64,000 nt of DNA from Diadema antillarum (lineage: Eukaryota): positions 124,001-188,000 of the forward strand of contig NW_027271701.1 in NCBI RefSeq assembly GCF_040938485.1. Reading direction: 5' to 3'. A program made the translations under genes and the position numbers. Under the pieces are notes generated by a model, which had not been told where the DNA came from, did not search any database, and saw only the letters and a program-made list of their open reading frames with translations. Shown piece after piece: positions 51,801 through 64,000 of this stretch. Every line of letters starts with the position of its first letter. Position 1 is the stretch's first letter.

Positions 51801-52932
51801 AGGGTAAAATTATTCCCCCTGCCTTCTGAAAGAGAAGTCGAGTATCCTTTTGTAAGCGAAAATAATTTATGTTGAATTTTCTTTATTCATTCTTTATATC
51901 GTTGTACACATGTGACATTACAAGGTATAGTAGTCTTCTCATCCAGCCTCGACTGCATGAGCAGAAACTTCAAAAATTCATAACTTTAGAACGGATTGTC
52001 CAATTTTCCTCAAACTCTCACTGATGTGTTCTACTATTGTTGCTGCATTCACTCAACCCACATGCTATAAAGGTGACAAATCTTTGTCTGGCGACTTTTT
52101 TGTTGATCAATTATACCAACCCTGATGGAAATCTCTTCAAATTCATAAGTTCTGAAGTCTCCTTTAAGTTTAACCAAAATCTATATATGTAGTTGCCATG
52201 GCAACATACCACTTAACACTAATGAAAAGTATTTCAAACCTCTATACATCCCGTTGATCAGTTGTACCTATTCAAATGGAATCTCTTCCAAACTGGAAAA
52301 TAGCCTCCTGTAACTAACTTCAATCAAAAACCCTCGTTTTGGGTTGCCATGGCAACGCACAAATCAACAATTATATTTGACCCCTGGTTTATACTCTTGG
52401 TACCTTCTATATAACGTTCATATCAAATTTTGTGAAAATTGAATCTTCCTACCTGGAGAAATAAACAAAAACATGATTTTTAGAAAAAGTTCATTGACCT
52501 TTGACCTTTGACCTTTGGAAAATTCACCCCAAATTCAATCAAAATATTTTACTTGTTCTCAATATTCTTCCTGCCAAGTTTTATCCAGATTGGATATTCC
52601 TGACCTGAGAAATAGCCAAAAAACCTATTTCACAAATAAAGGTCATTGACCTTTGACCTCTGACCTCCTTCCCAGCATCAATTTTCTTGGAGCACCCTAT
52701 TTTTTGAGAAGGTACATCATGAAGTACCTTTGGTGAAAAAATCATGCTTTTGTCCGCCGTGTCACGATAATTTCACTAAGCCACCCCACTAAATGGAAAA
52801 TTCTTATTTCTTATTCGAACTTAATGATTTCCTAGTGTAGGCCCTATGTATATGTCTGTATACATATATGTGCACACATATAAATGAATAAGTAAATAAA
52901 TGAACACATATATGTATATATATACACATAGA

Positions 52933-52972
<40 letters not shown>

Positions 52973-53522
52973 ACCGACGGGACAAATAGGCGTCCACTCG
53001 GTATTTAAGTAAATACAAAAGAAATATAAATATTAAAGTGGGAGAGCAATTTTCTAAATCTTTTGTTCAAATAAGAAGATTGGGGGAGAAAGAACGACGC
53101 ATTATCAGCAATTCTTTTAAATTGATTAGTAAATTTATTTATTTATTTATTTTTTAGATCTGAATAACAATTACAAAACAATGTATTTTCTGGAATACAA
53201 GAATACAAAGAATGAAATTAAAATTTAAACCTAAAACAACGCAACACTGTATTCAAGGTGAAGAGCTAAACCATAAGAGCTAAACCATCTTCATCGTGAT
53301 CCAGGCGTTAAAACAGGAGACAGACAACAAAGTCCTGACAAACTCCGTGATGGCGAGAGTATGCCTCAGCCACCGATATTAACTGGTGTTAAATGTGGAT
53401 TAATTATCCACAAAACAAGCGAGAGTGCGGGGTGTCCGGTAACGTTGGACTCGGATCAGCTCAGTGGACACAGAAATAAGCAGTAGTAAAGGGGGCATAC
53501 GTGTTGAAATATTTTGTATCAT

Positions 53523-53562
<40 letters not shown>

Positions 53563-56250
53563 TATAATATATAAATAAATGAAACATATTTGGCAATATA
53601 TCATGAATGAATGCAAGTCTTATTGGATTCATACAAAGTACATACAAAGTGTATATGTGGATGTGTGTTGGAGAGGTGAGGAAGGTGCATATGGAACATT
53701 ATAATACATTGATGATGTACATGTTGTGAAGAGCATTTCTTTACAGTGAACCGAGATAGAATACAAGCTTAAGGTACAACTGTCTGCTGATGTCTTACGC
53801 ATGATTCCTTGAAGATAAAAAAAAATCCCACTCAAGGGTAAAAATTTTAGATATATAGGCACCATTTGTTGCAGAAGTCCAAGTTTAAACAAGGGTGAGG
53901 TACAATCTTCTTCATTTAAAGTGCACTAAGAAGCATGTTAAATCTTGTGATATCAAAACAAATTGTGGAAATGAAGACTAGTAAGTAATATGAAATGTCA
54001 CCTTCATATAACAAAATGCTCCTTTCTTCAGTTTGCATGTAGAGATGAGTGTAAATACATGTATATTGTAACTACACACTTATACTACGTATGTGATACT
54101 GAGTCGATTACAATTCCTTCGACTTTACTTCCCCCATAGTGTCTTCAAAGTTCATCGGTCGATATCATTTCTAAGTCCATATTTCAAACGGGGAAACTTA
54201 CAAGTTCTGATCTCTCTCGAAGTAATCAATTGATGTTGTTTTCGTAGGTTTTGACAAACTCCTACTCCGATTTATTCACTGGACGTGATGCGAAACCAGA
54301 CTGTGGGACGGCTGACTGTGAGTATAACATCACTTTTGTCCTTTCTCTTTCTTCTCTTTCTTGTCGTATCGTTTCTTCATTGTTCTTCTTCTTCCCTTTG
54401 CTCCTCTTGCCTAAATAAACGAATGAATAAACAAATAAATAAATGAATAAATAAATAAATGAATATATGAAATTGTATATAAATCAGTAAATGACATTTC
54501 TAGGGTTGCTTCTATGGTAGTGTTTCATCTCTCCAAGCTGTGATTTTAACTTTCGTCATTATAAAATGTGACGTATGAAATTAGTCTTTTTTTATGACGC
54601 GCCATTAGATAAGTTGCTGATCAATAATTTTTAATAACGCAAAGGTGTTTTTCTAGCATAAAACAACGGTGCATTGAACGTCTGATACTGTGATTAAAGC
54701 ATTTATGGAGTATTCGAAGACATGTTGGTACTAATACTATTTTTGTTTTAGTTGACGATGATTTCAGAGATGAAATTGAGAAGTTAATTCAAGCTGGAAA
54801 ATTCCTGCTCGACAATTAGCGTCATCCATTCAGATAAGGCTAACGGTTCGATTGTTTCCAAGGTGACATACACATACTTTTATCAAACCCTTCGTCTACA
54901 CACAAAGTTTCATAGTCATAGAATAAATTATATCTTTAAACACGTATCAATCTGCATCAGACACGCTCGTCAACGAGACACACGTCACCGTGTACAACGC
55001 CAACTATCGGCTAGACGAGGGCTACACTGATGGGATCGGGGGTTATGCCTACATTCCCGACCCGGAAATCCCTGGGCGCCTCAAGGTGGTACTGGATGGC
55101 GTACCTACTGAAGGAGATTGTACGTATATTTGTCTCCTTGATATCTTACATTTTTGAGATCGAAAGAATGCTGCTACTTATTAGTAACCAAAATGTTTCT
55201 TTCTCTTTCTGTGATGAAGGCAGAACAGACAAACAAACAAACACCTCAGGGTTATGATCTGAACATGATAGTACTCCTATCTTTTCACCAAGGTGTTTTT
55301 ATTCACAATGGCTCAAACGCCACCTACTATTCAATGATAACTGGAAAATGATAGCTCATTATTTTTAAACACACTCGGATATTGGGACGGTGTGGGTGAC
55401 GTTGAGGATCAAAATTTTGGTGTGGGTTTTAGGAATGGGTTTCGGGAAACGTCTATAGTGATCATGTGTTTATGATAAGAGCTGTTACACACTTCCTGAT
55501 GTGAAATCAGTGATTGACTATTAAGAAGGTATATTTATCACAACAATAGTGTTGTTTGAGGTAGTAGGGTGGATAAGACAACGATATCAGACTTAGAGAA
55601 ATTGATTTACAAAACAAAAAGAACAACAAGAACAGAGCAGCTTCTCTACATGCTATAAAAGTATTAGAGAATCGTTTATGCTTGATTACGACATTCTGAT
55701 CATAATCATGATGATGGATTAACTATGTTCGTACAGATGGGTGAGGTGTCGACGATTATCTCAGAGATAAAGGAAACATAAACACACAAAGAAAACAAAT
55801 AAGAATCAAGGCGACATAAAATAATGGTAATAGCACAGTAAGAAAGATGCGGGGAAATAAAGATAGAGAAGGAGCAGAAGAGAGAGGAGGAAATAGGATG
55901 AAGAGGACTCAAGAGTGTAAGGGAGAGAGGGAGAGGGGGGAGGAGAGAGGGATAATGAAGAAAATTACAGTGGGCCACTGCTTTCAAAGATCTTATCAAT
56001 CTCTCTTCAAGACTGGGTGTTCAAGCTTGGCCCTACGGTGGAGGCAAAATACCAATACAGCCTGGTGACGGGCGGACAGGAAGCGAACCAACTCTACGTT
56101 CTCAGTCGCGACCCCGCCCAGTACTACCAGCTGTACGACTTCGAAGTGCGGGAGTACTTGGCGTTACACGGGTTCACCGGTCAGCTGAAGGCGCCGTACG
56201 AAGTGCCACACCCTGCCGAATGCGTGTACCCGCCTAGTCCGGAGGAGTGA
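48340..56250 (+). CDS. Secreted lipocalin (ApoD-like) gene E, 195 aa, 4 exons; recent paralog of D
   Basis: Exons 48340-48459, 54248-54317, 54961-55119, 56012-56250; GT-AG, frame intact. Intron 1 is expanded to 5788 bp by insertions. Confidence 0.9.
48523..48830. mobile_element. Palindromic MITE with CACTC/GAGTG internal repeats, inserted in a TA run
   Basis: ctctaaaaaaatcgagtgaaaat...attttcactcgatttttttagag; absent from the paralogous intron of gene D. Confidence 0.8.
48973..52791 (+). mobile_element. Academ-like DNA transposon, 3819 bp, decayed, with nested MITEs
   Basis: AAT|TAGTGGGGTGGCTTAGTGA...TCACTAAGCCACCCCACTA|AAT, with a ~60-bp imperfect TIR and a 3-bp TSD. Absent from gene D. Remnant [14 protein letters not shown]...[13 protein letters not shown] at ~51147-51300 resembles the recalled Academ transposase N-terminal region. 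Confidence 0.75.
50567..50849. mobile_element. Head-to-tail dimer of a Harbinger-like MITE
   Basis: CTG-[GGGGCATTTCATGAAGC...GCTTCATGAAATGCCCC]-CTG-[second copy]-CAG. Confidence 0.85.
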
Positions 56251-58023
56251 TGTTTTGCACCCCACTCCATTCCGATTCTTTTACCCTCTGTCTCCTGGAA
56301 GATATCAGCGATGAGAGGGGAGACACTACCGTATTGTGGTACAGGGCTTAACATTGATTTTCTCTTGATATTAAAAAGTTTGAGAATTTTGCTTCAATGC
56401 AATGATATTAGGCAATATGTGGAGTTGGTTATAGATGAAAGAAAATGCACTCTTATCTGTTATTTTTACTGACACGAATTGATAACCTCTTAATGTAGTC
56501 ATATTTAGCATATTCTTTTTAGTATTTTTTTCAAATAGCAAATTTGGGTAGACAGTGAAAGTGTTTACCGCAAAAGGTGAAAAAAAGAGAACCAGATCCG
56601 AGGTATTTTTATATACTGAAGGATGATACAACGTTGTAAACAAAAATAACGAAAAGTAGTCACTTGAAATAAGTACAAAATTAACAATCCCTTCGAAATG
56701 ACACACGTCAGAGCAATTGTGATCTATACTAAACCAGCTTGTCAGTATTTTACGCACGAAGCTTGCTTATTTAACATCATTTATCCATGCAAATGAATTG
56801 CTTACAATTGGAAGAATGGGCACAATAAAACGAGCAGTAACGCAACTAGCAAGGTTATGTTGTTTTATCGTCTTGCTTCTTTGTCTTGATTTTAAACAAA
56901 ATATGAAGGACAATTTGTTGGTATTTTACAACACTCATCCGTCCTCAAGGCCTTTCCGATCGAAATTGTGATAGCAGATAGAAATAAAGCTTTAAATAGT
57001 TTCCTTTAATAAGGAGAACAAAAATAATCGTAAACACATCTCGATGTTTTTTGTTCAGGCTACAATCCTATTTCCTCTTTGACAATTTTTTTTTTTTAGA
57101 TGACTGCTCGTGTAGGCTATAGAACTGGACATATCTGCCTTTTTTAAGTAGAAACAAGTGATCATTTGACTTAATATAATATCATTAATGAACAGAAAGA
57201 AACTAAAGACACGTTTCAATTCACGGCGCGACATAACACCGTCATGATTTGTCTCTATCGTGTTGAATTTACATTCAGAAACTGCGATTGCATCAAACTC
57301 TTCTCCATCACTGATAAGAATAGATATGCTGCTGTAATAGAAAGTGCCTAAACAATGAAGATCTCTTCACATGGAATACTAAAAATGTCTGTCAGCAACA
57401 AACGTCGTCCTTATGGACAATCGACAGGAAAAGAAATGCAGCCACAATTGTAATCTATGGTTGAGAAAGAAATGTTGGGTTTAAAGGCTCTCATCTCTCA
57501 ATATCTAAAAAACCCAATCGTAGCCATATAGAACTCTTGGCACAAGATCAAAAGCTTTCGAGCTGCATGAATAGGAGCATAATGACCAAACCTAATGAGC
57601 ATGTGGAAATACATTCGATCGGTAAATGTTTAATGCCTCTACTAAGTACTAGAATTATATTATACGACTTACAATACCTTCCAATCCAGACAACTCGTTA
57701 ACTTGACAATGTCAATACATTTTGATTCGGGTATGCAAACAGTGAAAATGTAGAGACCAATTTACGTGACTGAAATCCTATTTAGCTTATATACATAAAA
57801 TGCATCTTCCAACGAGGTACGGAAGAGATATATTTCATGATTCTAGTTGCTCAAAAAAGAAAGAAAGAAAGAAAGAAAAATAATGTTATCCGAGGCAATT
57901 GAGGATTTAAAAAAAGAAACATCCTCCTTATTTTACGAGGATATGTAAAGACTCTTTAAGGAAAATTGACAAGTTAATGGTCATTCAAAATATTGAAGAC
58001 TGATATCTGAGCTCCAATGTTAA

Positions 58024-58315
58024 TGTAGTGGGGGAGGTGGTGGTGTCCTCTCGGGGGATTATTGCGGGGTGTGGGTGTATGTGTGTTGAACTGGATGATT
58101 TACTAGAAGTGTGATGGGGTGCTAGGTGTGTGAGTACGCCCTACTGGTTCTGTTGCGGGGTTCTTATGGCAATCCAGTGGGTAAGGGGCGAACACGAGGC
58201 ACCATGAAAGATGACCGAGTGGGAGACGGATCTGTATAAAATAATGGGAGAGGTCCCCAACAAAATTGACAGAGGCCCTCTATAGTCCAATGACAGCATA
58301 TTGTGATCCATCACA
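58024..58315 (-). repeat. 3' LTR of the right-hand gypsy element (292 bp)
   Basis: Minus strand TGTGATGG...CCACTACA (imperfect IR), preceded by PPT AAGTGGTGGGGGA (58328-58316). The 5' LTR is outside the window. Confidence 0.75.
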
Positions 58316-58374
58316 TCCCCCACCACTTAACTATGTCATCGTCCCTTGATGACATAAAAAAGGGAATGTTTACT

Positions 58375-61300
58375 CTAAAACATGTAATAATCCCTGAACC
58401 TAGAAGGTGGTTGGCCCCGACCAAGTCTCTCAGGGTACCGACGAAGTTGGCCATCTTCACTAGCAGGACTGCTTGACCTAGCATCAGTGTTTTCAGTGTC
58501 ATCATCCCTTTCTTCAATCTCATCATCTTCAATCCCATTCATGGTCTCTTCCTCCACTTCATCATTTCCATCGACATCTGGATCATCATCATTAGAAACT
58601 ATTGGGACATCACCATCCGGTCTCCCACGTGAGCGCAAGACATATGCTGCAGCGGCCACTGGTTCAGAACTTTCACTGTCCAAGACACTGGAAGACTCAT
58701 GATGAACAGAACCAGGATCCTCTGACGGAAGCCAAGGACATAGTTTCATCTGAGTGCGGTGCAAGACCTTCTCTCCAGACTTGTTCCTTACAACATACAC
58801 TGGACGATCTGGAAACGGTTGCTTCACCACAAGATAGGGCTGCGCTTCCCAGCAATCTTGGATCTTATGTCTACCCTTGAATGCTTATTTCCGAACAAGG
58901 ACGTACTGACCCAATCCAAGTGGTGCCTCGAACACTCGCTTAGCCTGCTTAACCTGTCTAGCAGCTATGATTCCTCTTGCCTGTCTGGCAGCAATGGCTC
59001 GGGCTGTTCTCAACCGGCTCTGATGTCTCCTGACGTAACCAGGCACTGTTCTGTAATGTCGGACCTCCCTACTTGGATCAATACCACATGGTGACCTTGC
59101 GTTTCTCCCAAACATCAGGAAGAAAGGGTCCACTCCAGTTGCTGAATGAGGGCTGTTATTGTAAGCAAACATCAGCTCGGGCAGATACAGGGTCCATTTC
59201 CGCTTCTGGGCTTCAGGTAGAGTGGCCAACATGTTATGCAGAGTCCTGTTGAAACGTTCACACTGCCCATTTCCAGCCGGATGGTACGGGACAGTGTGAC
59301 TCTTCTGAATTCCGTACAGCTCACAGAGTTCCTGCACTACCTGGGCCTCAAAGCATCTTCCCTGATCAGAGTGCAATCGGTAAGGACATCCGTACGGGAT
59401 AAAAACATGCGCCACCAGAGACCTTGCAACTGTCACTGCACATTGGTCCTTGGTTGGTATTGCCCAGGTATACTTTGTGAAAACATCTGTTACCACAAGT
59501 ACATTTTCGTAGCCATCATGAGAGCGCTCTAAGACAGTAAAGTCAACTGCCAAAACCTCCATTGGTGCACTAGCCGTAAGACTGGAAAAAGGAACCTGTG
59601 GCCTCCTTGTTGGTGGCTTGCTCAAAGTACACCTCTTGCATTTGCGGCACCACTCTTTCACGTCATGCTCCATCTTGCGCCAGAAAACTCTGTCTGCCAA
59701 CATGCGATATGTCCTCTTGGAACCAAAATGTCCTGCCGAATCATGGTAGCGATGAAGGGCCTCCTCTTGTAGGCTCACAGGAAGGAGTATCTGGTGATAC
59801 AACTGTCCATCCTTGGGCGACTTAACCTTTCTGACAAGGACATCATTTTGCATTGAAAGTCTCTTCCACTCCTTCAACAGATCCAGTACTTTGGGAGACA
59901 GTTGCTCACGCTCCTGTCGGTTAGGTAGTGTACCCCGTCGCACAAAATTCCCAACTTCTCTCAGTACCTCGTCTGACAGTTGCTGGCTCCTAACTTCTGA
60001 CTCCGAGAGTCCAGGAAGACATAGTATCCCCCCTTGCCGACAGACCTCTATTTGGTTACAAACCATGTGGGGGACATTGGTTCCCGGAGAACTTAACTCA
60101 AATGCAGCTCTCATCGCACAACTGGTCACGGTCATGGTTCCTTCATCTGGGTCACGGTCATCTCTGCGTGACAACACATCAGGGGCTTGGTTTGCCTTGC
60201 CAGGACGATACACGATTTCGAAGTTGAATGAACTGAGTTGCTGGACCCACCTCATCTCGACGCAGCCAAGATTTGCCTTGTCTAGGAACAACAAAGGGTG
60301 ATGGTCGGTTACCACTGTGCATCTGTTGCCTAGGAGATAATTCTTGAAAACTTCTGTCAGGGCCCATTTGACAGCCAATAGTTCCAGTTTGAATGCACTA
60401 TATCGACCACTTCGTTCTGCTGGCTTCAGGGTCCGTGAGGCATATGCTATGACATGGTCCTCCCCCAGTTCGTCCTTCTGGTAGAGGATTGCACCAAGTC
60501 CAACTCCACTGGCATCTGTCTCCACTCTGAATGGCCTCTGAAAGTCTGCATATGCCAGAACAGGAGCAGTTGTCAAGCGCTCCACTAGAGTCTCCTTGGC
60601 CTTTTGCGCTTCCTCGTTGAGCTGTATTCTGGTGGATCCAGGGACAACAGCTTTCTTCTTGCCCTTTCCCTTGGTTGGTGAGCCCCGGAGATAACTGAAC
60701 AGAGGTGCGGCAATAGTTGCATATCCCTCCACAAATCTCCTGAAGAAGCCAGTGAAACCCAGAAAGGCTCGGACGTCCCTCACAGTCACCAATTCTGGCC
60801 ACTCCCTGACAACTGCTATCTTGGACGGATCTATCGAAACTCCCGAGGCTGATACCCGATGGCCAAGATACTGCACCTCCTCCCTCAGAAGATGACATTT
60901 GGCAGGCTTCAATTTCAGACCATAGGCCTTCATCCGTAACAGTACATCGCCCAGATGCTGTAGATGTGAGTCGAAATCCGCTGAATACACGATAATGTCA
61001 TCCAAGTATATCAGCACATTGGAGTAACACTTGTCACCGAGACACCTCTGCATGAGCCTCTGAAACGTGGCCGGGGCATTGGTAAGCCCAAAAGGTAGTC
61101 TGGTAAACTCAAAGAGTCCAAATGGGACGACAAACGCTGTCTTGGCCACATCATCCGCATGTACCGCCACTTGGTAATACCCACTCGTAAGGTCCAGGAC
61201 ACTGAAGAACTTTGCTCCCCCCAAACCCTGTAGGGATTCCTCAATGCGTGGCAGTGGGAATGAGTCACGACGTGTTATGCAGTTTAACTTCCTGTAATCC

Positions 61301-63894
61301 ACGCATAACCTGATGCTGGAGTCCTTCTTCATCACTACAACCACTGGGGAAGCCCATGGACTCTGACTCTCCTGAATAATGCCTCTCTCCAATAAGTCCT
61401 GGATGTGTTGGCGGACAAGCTGGTACTGAGAAGGAGTAAGTGGCCTATGTCGTTGTCTGATGGGAGCTTCTGACCCAGTATCTACTCGGTGTGTGATTGC
61501 ATCAGTATATCCCACATCATTATCAGTTGTAGAGAATGCTTCCTGATGCTGCATGAGAAGTTGCTTCAGTTTGCCCACTTGTTCCACACCCAGACCGGAA
61601 CAATCTACGTCAACGGGTACAGGAAGGTCATGCTCGTCCTTTGTCTCAGCTGATATCCTGCAAACACCAGCAGCTCCTGAGACGTCCTGCACAGGCTGAT
61701 CCTGACAATACCTCTCCCCAAGGTATAAGTGACCCAGTCTGGTGGTATCCGGTAGAACCACTTCAGATTCACCCTCATTGTGTACTGCCAAGGAGAACTT
61801 GCCATTCTGTACATCCACGAAACAGGGAGGAACGATTACTCCACATGGTATGGCGCCATCATGGTCGGGCTCCAGAACAGCATCAAACTTGAACCCATTG
61901 CCTGCTGGAATCTGGCCTTCAATGATCACAGACTGTCGAGCTGAGATCACAACACCTCCACTCAGACATGCCTTGCCAACTCTGCCATCCTCATCACCTA
62001 GTTTGGATCTGGCGCTGATGAACTTCATCACCTTTTGCCAAGCTTGCTTCGAGGTAGGCTGATTAAGTCTCGTAAGGTATCCCTGTCCTGGTAGCTCAAT
62101 CCTCTCCCAACATTCCTGTAGAACATTCATACCAAGAATCCCTTGGACTGAGTCAGGTTCCCTTCTTTCAGCAGAATCAGCCAGGACCAAGACAACCCTC
62201 TCCCGGACTATCTCTCCCAGGACCTTGATATCTGTCTCAAAGCATCCGACGTAGGGGATAGTACTGCCATTAGCAGAGACTAGGGTGAATGGGGAAGGAA
62301 TCTCCTTCAACACTATGCCACGCGGTTCAAGGTGTTCCCTGTAGAAACTCTCACAGATCGTTGTAACTTGAGAGCCTGGGTCCAGCAAGCAGGATACTTC
62401 AACACCCTCGAATTCGACTTCAACTGCATAACAATCTCCGACTGTCTTGGCCAGGAAGTCAGTATCCACATTCTCAGAACTTGCATCAACACGTGAGGTT
62501 CCAGCCCTTATTGGTCCTTCATTCCTCCGATCTGGCTGAGGCCTCTGTTGGTCTTGAGTGACCCTCTGATCTGGACTAGATGCCTGCTGTTCTGGTCTCC
62601 CAGATCTGGCATTATACTGGTTCCGTGTAGGGCTTGGTTGATTCACTCCTTCGGAATGAGACCAATGCTGATGCTGTTGCGCCCGCTGATCTTGGAACCT
62701 CTGTTGATCAGGTTGAGTAAAACGCTCACCAGTCTGGAACTGTGGTTGGTATTGCTGATATGCGTACTGATTAGGGTAAGGCCCCTGCTGACACCTTTCA
62801 GGGCACGCTCGTGCAAAATGTCCATACATCCCACATGCATAACAGGCTCCTCTTGGTTGTCTCATTGGGTAGGCAGGACGAGGACCACCAGTACCAGGGG
62901 GAACTGAACGAAGAGGTTGCACAACTTCATGCACTGCTTGCACCAGGTTCTCTCCCATCTTCTTGAGGGCCACCAATATCTCAGACGAAGGGGTTTGGAG
63001 CCCACCCTGTTTGGTCTGTAACGCCGCTTGTCTTGCACTGTCATGACCTGTAATTCGCGACTCCTCCCGTCCGGACCTGCGGATTGCGAACTCTCTCAGG
63101 TCTCGAAACTTGATAGAGCTATCTCACTCGTAACGGTCCCGGCAAGCATTCCGGAGGATCTGGTCATCCAATCCCTCGATGAACTACTCAACAAGAATGA
63201 TGTTCGGCTCTGAATACAGCTTTTCATCTCGGCGACAGAGATTGTTGAACCGTCTCTCCAAATCGATGGCATAGTCTCGTAGAGGCTCTCCCCTTCTCTG
63301 TTTCCTTTGCAGGAATAACCTCTGCAGCTCTCCAAGGTTCTGGGCACCTGAGTAAGAGTCTTGCAAAAACTGGAGGATCTCCTCTGCAGTCTTCTCGTCC
63401 TTAATAAGGGCCTTGACCTCAGCCTTGGGGAGTCCTCGCACAAAATCAAGGAGGTACGAAGTTTTTTCTTCTTCGGAGATGTCGTACCTCGAGAAGGCAG
63501 CTCTGATACTGGTGATGAAGTCGTCCACCTCCGACGCCCTTCCTTCGAACACCGGGATCTTCCGTTCTGGGGCCATTACAAACTTGGAAGACTTTCTCAT
63601 AGACAGCTCCTGGAGTTGCGTTCTCAGGTCTGCTAACTCTTTGCTCGTTGCATCACCGTCTGCGTGACCAGGAACACAAGGGACGTAAACCTTGTCTTTC
63701 CAGCCGCCAACTGGGGGTTGAATTTGCCCTTGCACTGCCATGGCTCGTCTCTTTCTACCATCCTCCTCCGTGAAAACCAGTCCAGTGGCCTGAGGATGAA
63801 CACCTTGTAGAACTTCCAACAACAGGTGTCCCTCACTTTGCAAGGGATATTCAGAGATATCCCCCGGTGCATCTTCAATCTGAATGTAAGACAT
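58375..63894 (-). pseudogene. gag-pol polyprotein (TDP-43-NTD-like domain, capsid, CCHC, protease, RT, RNase H, integrase) with three in-frame stops
   Basis: ORFs 63184-63903, 58885-62976 and 58375-58830 share one frame. Stops: TAG 63186-84, TGA 63126-24, TAA 58887-85. Motifs: FLQRKQRRGEPLRDY, CYACGMYGHFARAC, LLDPGSQVT, YLDDIIV, TDASGVGLG, H-H-C-C, VDF / SDQG / QCERFN. Confidence 0.92.
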
Positions 63895-64000
63895 CTTCAA
63901 CAATATTATAACTTGCTAGTTATACATAAACAACAAAGGTTTAGCCTTCTTTTCAAAGAAAGAAACAATCAAAACGTTTCTTTTCCTTTACAAAAAAGAA

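Larger units (their letters stand above)
58024..64000 (-). mobile_element. Ty3/gypsy LTR retrotransposon; its 5' end lies beyond the window
   Basis: A single gag-pol frame with order Gag-PR-RT-RH-IN, followed by PPT and LTR. Confidence 0.95.

Noticed and set aside
43485-56250. Lipocalins D and E as an allelic (haplotig) assembly artefact
   Set aside because: Introns and flanks are visibly diverged (roughly a fifth of positions by eye), with different TE insertions and an exon 2 indel. This is more than expected for alleles, although long reads should confirm.
63124-63186. Programmed gag/pol read-through at the TAG or TGA
   Set aside because: Both stops lie within the capsid region, upstream of the zinc knuckle, not at a gag-pol boundary; nonsense mutation is simpler.
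59236-63667. Plus-strand ORFs of 80-160 aa opposite gag-pol
   Set aside because: Expected antisense shadows of a long GC-richer coding frame; no motifs.

Overview
AT-rich, repeat-dense animal genomic DNA with spliceosomal introns, microsatellites and one 169-N gap. It is probably a marine deuterostome invertebrate such as an echinoderm (inference from repeat types only). Host genes: two exons of a divergent GNMT-like methyltransferase (minus, ~1-2.3 kb); two hemopexin-repeat exons that do not splice cleanly (~19.7-20.8 kb); and a cluster of five intact four-exon secreted lipocalin genes (one minus, four plus; 24.4-56.3 kb). Mobile DNA: decayed LINE fragments (L1/Tx1-, Ingi/Vingi-, L2/CR1-like); several MITEs with visible TIRs and TSDs; a 3.8-kb Academ-like DNA transposon in a lipocalin intron; a young 4.2-kb LTR element encoding only RT-RNase H; and a Ty3/gypsy element running off the right edge. 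Top observation: the Gag of that gypsy element starts with a ~76-aa domain that aligns by eye to the N-terminal oligomerisation domain of TDP-43 (~25 identities, including E17/R52/W68 equivalents). It is followed by capsid, a zinc knuckle and a Q-rich low-complexity tail. All alignments are manual and from recalled sequences; none were computed.
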